DNA of 44,820 bases from sequence record SRR20825019_764; one strand, written 5' to 3'. Of the stretch, positions 8,585-15,711 are shown piece by piece; within the stretch, counting starts at the first letter, position 1; every line of letters begins with the position of its first letter. The notes under the pieces were generated by a model, which was not told where the DNA came from, did no database searches, and worked only from the letters and a program-made list of their open reading frames with translations. The position numbers and the translations under genes were made by a program.

Positions 8585-9439
8585 ATGTCTGAAGTTAAAC
8601 CTATTCGTAAATGCCTGTTCCCGGTAGCGGGATACGGAACCCGCTTCCTGCCGGCAACCAAAGCCATGCCCAAAGAAATGCTCCCCATCGTCAGCAAACC
8701 TCTTATTCAATACGGTGTGGAAGAAGCCGTAGAAGCCGGTGTCAGTGAAGCAGGTTTTATCACCGGTCGTGGTAAACGTGCCATCGCGGATCATTTTGAT
8801 ACCAGCTACGAGTTGGAACAGGAAATTAAAGGCTCCAGCAAAGAAAAATTCCTGGAAGATATCCGTAATCTGATGGATAGCTGTGACTTCATCTTTATCC
8901 GTCAACGCGCCATGCTCGGCCTCGGCCATGCCATTCTGACCGGTGAACCACTCATTGGCGATGAGCCTTTTGCCGTCATTCTGGCTGATGATCTGTGTTC
9001 CCCCCCTGAAGACAACGGCAGCAAACGTGTTCTTGCACAACTGGTTGAACTCTATGAACGCTACAACTGCAGTGTTATCGCGATTGAAGAAGTGCCCGGC
9101 GATAACATCAGTAGTTATGGTGTGATCTCCGGTCGTGAGATCGAAGAAGGTGTCTATGAAGTAGACGATATGGTCGAAAAACCCAAGCCACAGGATGCAC
9201 CCAGTAATCTCGGTATTATCGGCCGCTATGTGCTGACACCGGACATTTTTGATTACATTCGCAAAACACCACCGGGCACCAACGGTGAAGTTCAAATCAC
9301 CGATGCGATTAAGGCGATGGCACAGGAAAAACGGGTGCTTGCCCTGAAATTTAAAGGTCACCGTTTTGACTGCGGCAGCATCGACGGTTTTGTCGAAGCC
9401 ACTAACTACTACTATCAACGCGACTATAAAAAGTCATAA
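8585..9439 (+). CDS. galU: UTP--glucose-1-phosphate uridylyltransferase
   Basis: PVAGYGTRFLPATKAMPKEMLPI, GLGHAI, VEKP, GRYVL; ATG 8585 after AAGGA. Confidence 0.95.
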   Translation: MSEVKPIRKCLFPVAGYGTRFLPATKAMPKEMLPIVSKPLIQYGVEEAVEAGVSEAGFITGRGKRAIADHFDTSYELEQEIKGSSKEKFLEDIRNLMDSCDFIFIRQRAMLGLGHAILTGEPLIGDEPFAVILADDLCSPPEDNGSKRVLAQLVELYERYNCSVIAIEEVPGDNISSYGVISGREIEEGVYEVDDMVEKPKPQDAPSNLGIIGRYVLTPDIFDYIRKTPPGTNGEVQITDAIKAMAQEKRVLALKFKGHRFDCGSIDGFVEATNYYYQRDYKKS

Positions 9440-9447
9440 GACACTGC

Positions 9448-9484
9448 CGTGTCAGCGTGATGCTGTTATGATCACGCTGACACG
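9448..9484. repeat. perfect 14-bp inverted repeat (stem-loop without U tract)
   Basis: CGTGTCAGCGTGAT-N9-ATCACGCTGACACG between galU and the GGDEF gene. Confidence 0.8.
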
Positions 9485-9503
9485 AAGCTGATACATTAAC
9501 CCT

Positions 9504-10037
9504 ATGGGCGGCATCAAAAACAATCCTGAACAAGCTTCCGACAATCCTATTCTGATCGATCAGACCCGATTGCTGGAAAAACTGATCTTTCATTGGCGTC
9601 AGGCCGTGGCTGAAGATTTTCCTGTCTCGATGTTTATTATCGATGTCGATCGCTTTTCGCAGATGGAAAATAAATCTGCCTGCTTTGAACAAATCCTGAA
9701 CGCGATTCGCCAACAATTTCATCGTGAAACCGACTTTATCGCGCGTTTCAACCGTAAACAGATGATGGCAATCAGCTCTCATATGAGTTATCGCCAGAGC
9801 ACCCAGATGGCTACCAAGCTTCACAAAGCTGTCGCCGCTCTGGAAATTTTCCATCCGCATTCACCGACCGGGCGCTATGCCACGGTCAGCATCGGCCACA
9901 GCACTTATGCACCGATTGAAAATGACTGCTATGGCATTCTGGATATGCTGGCCACGGTGCAATATCATATTGAGCAAGCCAAGCAAGCGGGTGGTAACTG
10001 CTCCAAAACCCGCCTGCACAGCCGGGTTTTGAAGTAA
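9504..10037 (+). CDS. stand-alone degenerate GGDEF-domain protein
   Basis: IDVDRF, RETDFIARF, TVSIG and AKQAGGN motifs; the GG(D/E)EF position reads NRKQM. Confidence 0.8.
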   Translation: MGGIKNNPEQASDNPILIDQTRLLEKLIFHWRQAVAEDFPVSMFIIDVDRFSQMENKSACFEQILNAIRQQFHRETDFIARFNRKQMMAISSHMSYRQSTQMATKLHKAVAALEIFHPHSPTGRYATVSIGHSTYAPIENDCYGILDMLATVQYHIEQAKQAGGNCSKTRLHSRVLK

Positions 10038-10041
10038 GCGC

Positions 10042-11274
10042 TTAAATCGTTTTTCTGTGGCCGGCCGGTTTCCATGCCGGTGCAATGACATTGGGCATTT
10101 TTGACTTTGCCAGTAACCGCGCCGGCGCCAGCATCATTTCGCCATAACGCTGGTTTACTTTATCCATCGCGGCATTGACTTGATGCCGTTGCCGATCCTC
10201 ATCAAAAAATAAATCGAGTTGGCGGCCCTGGCGAGGAGATAAGGCCGTCACCTGCACTTGCCAGACACCCTGCCCTTGCCAGTAATAAAACAGAAACTCC
10301 CGACAAAGCTGATAAATGATCCTGCCGTCATCAGTATGAAAACCAGCCTGGGCCTTGGTCTTAAGCCAGCCCTGCTGCGTTTTGATACCAATAAAAAAGT
10401 ATTCAGCCTGATAGTTAAAACAACGCATTCTGGCGGCGACCTTTTCCGACATATGCTGAAAATAGGTCAGAATGATATTTTCCTCACGGGTCTGTGGCGG
10501 TAACACCTTGCCATGACCGATGGTTTTGGGTGGTTTCACGTTAAAGCTCAGCGGCTCCGGGTCCAGGCCCTGCGCCATCAGCCAGATCCGTCGGCCGAGA
10601 TTACCGAAACGTTTCGCTAGCAAACTCATTGGTATCCGTTTCATATCACCGCAATAAACAACGCCATAACGGCTCAGAAAGCGACCAATGCCTTTGTTGA
10701 TGCCACTAAGCGCGGTCACCCTTTCCACAGCCAGCACTTGTTCAGCCTGCATCGGATGAATAATCGTCAGACCATCCGGTTTTTTCTTTTTAGCCGCAAA
10801 TTTAGCGGTGGTTTTATCGCCACTGATACCGACACTGCAGGTCAGACCGGACACGTTCCACACCCGTTTCCGAATACGCTCGCCGATATCCTCGGCACCG
10901 TTATAGAGTTGCTGACAACGAGTCAAATCAAGAAATGCCTCATCTACACTGAAGACTTCAATATCCGGCGTGATATCAACCAGCGCTTCCATAATCCGGC
11001 TTGATACCGCGGCATAACGGTATGGTCTGGAGGGCGCTTGTATCAGGCCCGGACAAAGCTGTCGGGCTTGCTTCAGACGCATCCCCGTATGAATACCGAA
11101 TGCCCGTGCCTCGTATGATGAGGTAATAATAGTCGAGCCCAGTTCACCATTGGTCACGGCAACCGGCTTCTTTGACCAGTTCGGGTTATCCTGTTGTTCT
11201 ATCTGTGCAAAGAAGCAGTTCATGTCGATCAGGGCAATCATCCGCGACCAGATTTGTTGCTGCTTCAGATCCAC
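10042..11274 (-). CDS. dinB: Y-family DNA polymerase IV
   Basis: DMNCFFA, SYEARAFG, SVDEAFLD, AKFA..KKPDG. GTG 11274 lies one nt after the lexA stop; alternative ATG at 11241. Confidence 0.9.
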   Translation of the reverse strand: MDLKQQQIWSRMIALIDMNCFFAQIEQQDNPNWSKKPVAVTNGELGSTIITSSYEARAFGIHTGMRLKQARQLCPGLIQAPSRPYRYAAVSSRIMEALVDITPDIEVFSVDEAFLDLTRCQQLYNGAEDIGERIRKRVWNVSGLTCSVGISGDKTTAKFAAKKKKPDGLTIIHPMQAEQVLAVERVTALSGINKGIGRFLSRYGVVYCGDMKRIPMSLLAKRFGNLGRRIWLMAQGLDPEPLSFNVKPPKTIGHGKVLPPQTREENIILTYFQHMSEKVAARMRCFNYQAEYFFIGIKTQQGWLKTKAQAGFHTDDGRIIYQLCREFLFYYWQGQGVWQVQVTALSPRQGRQLDLFFDEDRQRHQVNAAMDKVNQRYGEMMLAPARLLAKSKMPNVIAPAWKPAGHRKTI

Positions 11275-11275
11275 T

Positions 11276-11884
11276 TTAAGGGTAGGTACGCAGTTGTCCG
11301 ACCACGACGCCCTGAATCCGTACCCGCGAAGCCGGTAGTGTGATCGGTTCATAATTAATATTGGCCGGCATCAGGGTCACCGTGCCGTCATCATTGAGCA
11401 GCAGGGTTTTCAAGGTGGCATCAAAGCCGTCCACCAGTGCCACGACAATATCATTATGACGGGCGGTCGATTGCGACTGCACTACGACGTAGTCACCGGA
11501 CATAATCGCTTTATCAATCATCGAGTCACCGTTAACCTTGAGTACAAAGCGATCTTTACCGGTAAACATATAGCCCAGATCAATTTCCGATTCATCGGCC
11601 ACGGCCTCAATAAGCCGGCCCGCCGCAATTTTTCCCTTCACCGGCAGCGTCAGTGGTCCAGTCTCTGGCAGTTCGGCCTGCTCGGTCAGGCGCAGACCGC
11701 GGGTACGGCCAACATGGCGTTCCAGCAGACCGGCATCGACCAGCGTCTGGATATAACGATGCGTGGTTCCCTGCGAACGCAGACCGAGTCCGTCCGCAAT
11801 TTCTGAGACCAGCGGTGAACGTCCCTGTTCAGCGATGTAAGCACGAATAAATTCCAGCGTATCTTGTTCACGTTCAGTCAGCAT
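11276..11884 (-). CDS. lexA: LexA repressor
   Basis: N-terminal winged HTH, GKIAAG cleavage site, GDSM catalytic Ser, ATLK catalytic Lys. Confidence 0.92.
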   Translation of the reverse strand: MLTEREQDTLEFIRAYIAEQGRSPLVSEIADGLGLRSQGTTHRYIQTLVDAGLLERHVGRTRGLRLTEQAELPETGPLTLPVKGKIAAGRLIEAVADESEIDLGYMFTGKDRFVLKVNGDSMIDKAIMSGDYVVVQSQSTARHNDIVVALVDGFDATLKTLLLNDDGTVTLMPANINYEPITLPASRVRIQGVVVGQLRTYP

Positions 11885-11900
11885 GATCCCTTCCTTTTAA

Positions 11901-11933
11901 GAGAAAATAGTGAGAAGAGAAAATATAGAGAAC
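11901..11933. promoter_or_regulatory. tandem direct-repeat operator (GAGAA-N6-GAGAA twice), candidate LexA boxes
   Basis: GAGAAAATAGTGAGAA then GAGAAAATATAGAGAAC, overlapping the lexA -10 element. Confidence 0.6.
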
Positions 11934-11950
11934 AAAGGCGAATACAGCAA
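11922..11950 (-). promoter_or_regulatory. sigma-70 promoter of lexA-dinB (TTGCTG-N17-TATATT)
   Basis: Near-consensus hexamers with exact 17-bp spacing. Confidence 0.6.
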
Positions 11951-12111
11951 GCGTTTTTTTCTATTAATTGCTAAGTAATAGTGGATGAAAGTCGTGAACC
12001 ATCGCTTTACGGCTAAAATCCATTGATATCAGTGCGTTTAGTACCAAACAAGACAAAATAAAGATGAAATTGAAGCTGGCTTTCCAGAAAAAGAACTGCT
12101 ATCTTTGCGCG

Positions 12112-12130
12112 GATAATAATATTAATAATT
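12112..12130. promoter_or_regulatory. possible Fur box upstream of small ORF 1
   Basis: GATAATAATATTAATAATT matches 14/19 of GATAATGATAATCATTATC, just downstream of an extended -10 (TGcTATCTT, 12097-12105); AT-rich context weakens the call. Confidence 0.3.
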
Positions 12131-12160
12131 GTTTAACTTGATGAACTACGAGACAAGAGC

Positions 12161-12268
12161 ATGTTGAAAAAAATCGATAAACTGCTGGTGGAAAAATTCC
12201 CCCACATTATTCTTAGCTTCACTGCTTTCTGGTTGAGTCTGGTCGCTTTCGGCCTGTACAACGCCTGA
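12161..12268 (+). CDS. 35-aa small single-pass membrane protein MLKKIDKLLVEKFPHIILSFTAFWLSLVAFGLYNA
   Basis: Manual translation; GAG upstream; followed by a terminator; ungapped similarity to the neighbouring small ORF. Confidence 0.7.
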   Translation: MLKKIDKLLVEKFPHIILSFTAFWLSLVAFGLYNA

Positions 12269-12287
12269 TTCGCCTTGTAAAGCAATG

Positions 12288-12317
12288 AAAAAGCCAGTCA
12301 CTTGACTGGCTTTTTTT
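12288..12317. terminator. bidirectional intrinsic terminator
   Basis: AAAAAGCCAGTC-actt-GACTGGCTTTTTTT. Confidence 0.85.
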
Positions 12318-12356
12318 ATGGGCGTAACTTCGTAATCGCACATAAGCCGTTAATAA

Positions 12357-12370
12357 TTGATCCAAATCAA
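12357..12370. promoter_or_regulatory. FNR/Anr/Dnr box TTGAT-ccaa-ATCAA
   Basis: Perfect consensus centred at 12363.5; GATAAT -10 at 12393-12398 gives class II (-41.5) geometry for a start near 12405. Confidence 0.75.
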
Positions 12371-12446
12371 TGCTCACCACAGGGACACATTCGATAATCA
12401 ACTCAAGCTTGTTTTATCGTCAAACCACCCAAGAAGGAGGTGCATT

Positions 12447-12551
12447 ATGGACAAACTGGAAGAGTTTTTCAGTAAACATTTCGCTGAATTTATCTGCATT
12501 CTGTCAGTCGCATTTATTCTGCTGGTCGCTTACGGCCTGGTCATGTCATAA
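12447..12551 (+). CDS. 34-aa small single-pass membrane protein MDKLEEFFSKHFAEFICILSVAFILLVAYGLVMS
   Basis: Strong AAGGAGGT RBS, hydrophobic helix, paralogous to 12161-12268. Confidence 0.75.
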   Translation: MDKLEEFFSKHFAEFICILSVAFILLVAYGLVMS

Positions 12552-12555
12552 AGCT

Positions 12556-13665
12556 TCAGACAGATAACTCAAATACTCCCCGGGCTGCCACCTGGCCGTT
12601 AATCAGACATTCGACCCGGTGCTCCCCGGGATAGTAACGACGGGTTGAAAGTGGTTTGAACGTCTGGCTTTTGGTTAAAGTCAGCGGCTCTCTTGTCCGT
12701 GTCTGGATGTTTTTCCATTTAAAGACTTTCCAGCTCAGACGACCGTCTGCGCGTCGAAAGCCGATACGATAATCCACCACCAGCCGTTCGGCTTCCTGTG
12801 TTGTCAGTGTCAGGTTTAATCGTAAGGTTCCACCGAGTTTTAACTGCGTTTCGCTTAACTGCAGCTCAATATCTTTAATGACCGGCTTATCACTGAAGCC
12901 AAGCAGCGGGTAAACTTCCGCCCGTCCGCTTTTCACCAAAGTGCGCAAACCATGATTAATCAGCCAGTCGGTCTCTTTGTTCTGTAATTGCTGCCACTGC
13001 CGACAACGCATCAACACCAGGTCGGGATGATCCTTGCTGATGTCGTTGAGATTGTTCGCGACCGAGCGGCGTACATAGAGACTGGGGTCGGCTTTAAGGG
13101 CTTCCAGAATCGGCCAGATCGGCGCCGGCTCCCGGCGTAAAGCCGGTAACTGCTGTGCCCACGGCAAACGTGGTCGAATACCTTCTGAAGCCAGCCGTCT
13201 GACGTGTTCATTATCATGGCGGGTCCAGTGCAGCAGTTGTCGATGGGTCAGCTCAAAATACCGGTTCAGAAACGGCCGGATAGCAAACTCGGCGGTAAAC
13301 AGCGGCGTTAGTTTCTCCAGCACAACAAAAGCCCGTTGCGGATAGTTCAGGCCATAAACACTGACATAATCAATCAAAGGCCAGACGGTGAAACTGCTCC
13401 ACTGCCCTTGAGGCTGCTCCGGCCAGTTATCAGCCACACACTCAAGCAGACGGGCTGTTTCACAAAATCCTGACGGCAGATATTCAGCCAGTGCAGCAAT
13501 CAGATGTCTGACACGGGCTTTGAGCTCGAGCTCATCAAGTTCATGATTGGCCAGTTTGATGAAGCCCGGCTCGTCAAAGTCTGGATACACCGATTTAAGC
13601 ACAGCAGCCAGTTGCCCGACAGCAGCTGCCCCCAGTTGTGCTTTAAGCGGTGCCGGCTCCGCCAT
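12556..13665 (-). CDS. alkC: DNA alkylation repair protein, AlkC-like HEAT-repeat glycosylase with C-terminal Ig-like domain
   Basis: TAEFAIRPFL, VRRLASEGIRPRLPW, YVRRSVANNLNDISKD, STRRYYPGEH. Confidence 0.8.
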   Translation of the reverse strand: MAEPAPLKAQLGAAAVGQLAAVLKSVYPDFDEPGFIKLANHELDELELKARVRHLIAALAEYLPSGFCETARLLECVADNWPEQPQGQWSSFTVWPLIDYVSVYGLNYPQRAFVVLEKLTPLFTAEFAIRPFLNRYFELTHRQLLHWTRHDNEHVRRLASEGIRPRLPWAQQLPALRREPAPIWPILEALKADPSLYVRRSVANNLNDISKDHPDLVLMRCRQWQQLQNKETDWLINHGLRTLVKSGRAEVYPLLGFSDKPVIKDIELQLSETQLKLGGTLRLNLTLTTQEAERLVVDYRIGFRRADGRLSWKVFKWKNIQTRTREPLTLTKSQTFKPLSTRRYYPGEHRVECLINGQVAARGVFELSV

Positions 13666-14999
13666 CAGCGCTGTTTACTGAACACCGCAATGGATTCGAC
13701 GTGGCTGGTATGCGGGAACATATCCATCACCCCGGCCGCTTCCATTGTGTAGCCATGCCGGTTCACCAGTTCACCGGCATCACGCGCCAGCGTAGCCGGG
13801 TTACAGGAAACATAGACCAGTTTGTCGGCACCCAGATCAGCCAATTGATGTAGCACCTCCAAAGCCCCACTGCGAGGTGGATCCAGCAAAATCTTGTTAA
13901 AGCCTTTGGCGGCCCACGGGTAGTCTTTCAATTCAGTCTGGGTCAGATCCGCCAGTTCAAACTCGGCGTTATCAAGCTGATTCAGCTCGGCATTGCGGCG
14001 GGCATGGCCGACCAGGGCTGCATCGCCCTCAACACCGACCACTTCCGATACCCGACGTGCCAGCGGCAAGGTGAAATTCCCCAGTCCGCAGAACAGATCC
14101 AGAATGCGATCTTCAGGCTGAATATCGAGTAAATCCAGAGCCCGCTGAATCATTTTATGGTTAATACCGGCATTGACCTGGGTAAAGTCACTGGGGTCAA
14201 AGTTCAATGTCAGGCCCGGCTCGGGGGCGTAAGAAAGCTGCGGATTGTCAGGCCACAGGGGCGATATAGTATCCGGACCACCCGGCTGCTGGTAAACCCA
14301 GAGATTCTGTGCCTGACCGTACGCAATCAGTGTCTGTTTATCGGCATCAGATAAAGGATCGAGATTTCGGAATACCAAAGCGACATGCTCGTCATCCATC
14401 GCGACTTCGATCTGGGCGATGCGGTTATAAGCATCCAGGCCGGCGATCATTTCACCCAGTTCCGTCAGTCGCAGACCGACCCTCGGGTCCAGAACTTCGC
14501 ATTGTTCCAGCTGGGCGATAAATGGCGAAGCTTTCTCCCGAAAACCCACCAGCACCTGTTCTTTTTTGGTGACATATTTAACACCGAGGCGCGCTTTGCG
14601 GCGATAGCCCCAGAGCGGCCCTGTCAGCGGTGCCAGCCAGGTTGCCGGTGTCAGATTGCCAAAGTGGGTGAAGTGTTCGGCCAGTGTCGATTGCTTATGT
14701 TGAAGCTGTGCTTCCGGTGCCATATGCATCAGGCCGCAGCCGCCGCAGACACCGAAATGACGGCATTTTGGGTCCACCCGTTGCGACGAAGCATGATGTA
14801 CGGTCAGGGTTCTGGCTTCATCATAGCTTTTATGCAGACGGGTATACTGAAAATCCACCTGTTCACCGGCCAGTGCGCCGTCAACAAACACGGTTTTGCC
14901 ATCAATGCGGGCAATGCCGCGACCATCATGGGATAAAGATTCGATTGTTGCCGTCACCGGCTCCTGAGGCAGTTTCTGCCTGCGCCTGCGTTTTGCCAT
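13665..14999 (-). CDS. rlmD: 23S rRNA (uracil-1939-C5)-methyltransferase
   Basis: TRAM domain, CRHFGVCGGC Fe-S motif, LDLFCGLGNF, LDPPRSG, YVSCNPATLARD, DMFPHTSHVE. Confidence 0.95.
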   Translation of the reverse strand: MAKRRRRQKLPQEPVTATIESLSHDGRGIARIDGKTVFVDGALAGEQVDFQYTRLHKSYDEARTLTVHHASSQRVDPKCRHFGVCGGCGLMHMAPEAQLQHKQSTLAEHFTHFGNLTPATWLAPLTGPLWGYRRKARLGVKYVTKKEQVLVGFREKASPFIAQLEQCEVLDPRVGLRLTELGEMIAGLDAYNRIAQIEVAMDDEHVALVFRNLDPLSDADKQTLIAYGQAQNLWVYQQPGGPDTISPLWPDNPQLSYAPEPGLTLNFDPSDFTQVNAGINHKMIQRALDLLDIQPEDRILDLFCGLGNFTLPLARRVSEVVGVEGDAALVGHARRNAELNQLDNAEFELADLTQTELKDYPWAAKGFNKILLDPPRSGALEVLHQLADLGADKLVYVSCNPATLARDAGELVNRHGYTMEAAGVMDMFPHTSHVESIAVFSKQR

Positions 15000-15022
15000 C
15001 TTGCTCTCTTTTACGCTGAACT

Positions 15023-15057
15023 AAAAAGTCCAGTGACGCGTTAGCACGTCACTGGAC
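15023..15057 (-). terminator. intrinsic terminator-like hairpin between ydbL and rlmD
   Basis: GTCCAGTGACG-N8-CGTCACTGGAC followed by T5 on the minus strand. Confidence 0.65.
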
Positions 15058-15090
15058 CGAAAAGAAAAATATTATAAAGGAAACAGGCTT

Positions 15091-15699
15091 TTATTTTTGT
15101 TTCCAGCTGCCACCCTGTTGATACCACCAGCCTTTGGCCGCATTGCTAATCCAGCGTTTGGCGAAGGTCTGACGGATGTCATCCTGCCACTCCGGATGGC
15201 CATTGCCACGAGCAATTTCGGCATAGAGTGATTTGCGGTCTTTGTTCTCATCCGTCACCAGCGCATTCACTCTGTTGCGATCTTTAAGCGGGATGGCTTT
15301 GGCATCTCGCACCATGATAAAACCATCCTCGGTCAGACCGATGCCACCACTGTTATAGAAAGGCTCCAGCTGTTCATGCCGTTCTTTCATATCTGCTTTC
15401 AGCTCGTTAATGGCCGGTGAATTGATATTAATATCGGCTTCTGCAGCTGCCGGTGAGACCAGCCAGTTCAATATCGCAATGGCAATATTGTTGTCGTCGG
15501 CTTCGATGGCTGATGACTGATCTGCTGCTGCGTCGGGATCCACATCCTCACCTGGCCGTGTTCCCGGTCCCCAGACATCTTCAATAATCCGATCAGCCGC
15601 TTTCTCCGCAGCGGCAGCCGGAAAATAGATATTAATCGTGACACAAGACACCAGCATCAGCCCTGATACCGTACCTGTCAGCCATTTAAATAACGTCAT
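15091..15699 (-). CDS. ydbL: YdbL family protein with lipoprotein-like N-terminus
   Basis: SCVTINIYFPAAAAEKAAD, ENKDRKSLYAEIA, GWWYQ; downstream of a YdbH-like gene. Confidence 0.7.
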   Translation of the reverse strand: MTLFKWLTGTVSGLMLVSCVTINIYFPAAAAEKAADRIIEDVWGPGTRPGEDVDPDAAADQSSAIEADDNNIAIAILNWLVSPAAAEADININSPAINELKADMKERHEQLEPFYNSGGIGLTEDGFIMVRDAKAIPLKDRNRVNALVTDENKDRKSLYAEIARGNGHPEWQDDIRQTFAKRWISNAAKGWWYQQGGSWKQK

Positions 15700-15711
15700 C
15701 TTTGTCTCCTT

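Noticed and set aside
8555-9418. 287-aa ORF antisense to galU
   Set aside because: Shadow frame of a conserved, codon-biased gene; no motifs.
11275-11352. N-terminal extension of dinB overlapping lexA
   Set aside because: GTG 11274 directly after the lexA stop (or ATG 11241) explains the protein; no need to invoke frameshifting.
12357-12446. TTG-started 64-aa version of small ORF 2
   Set aside because: The TTG is part of the FNR box; the strong RBS and the paralog alignment point to ATG 12447.
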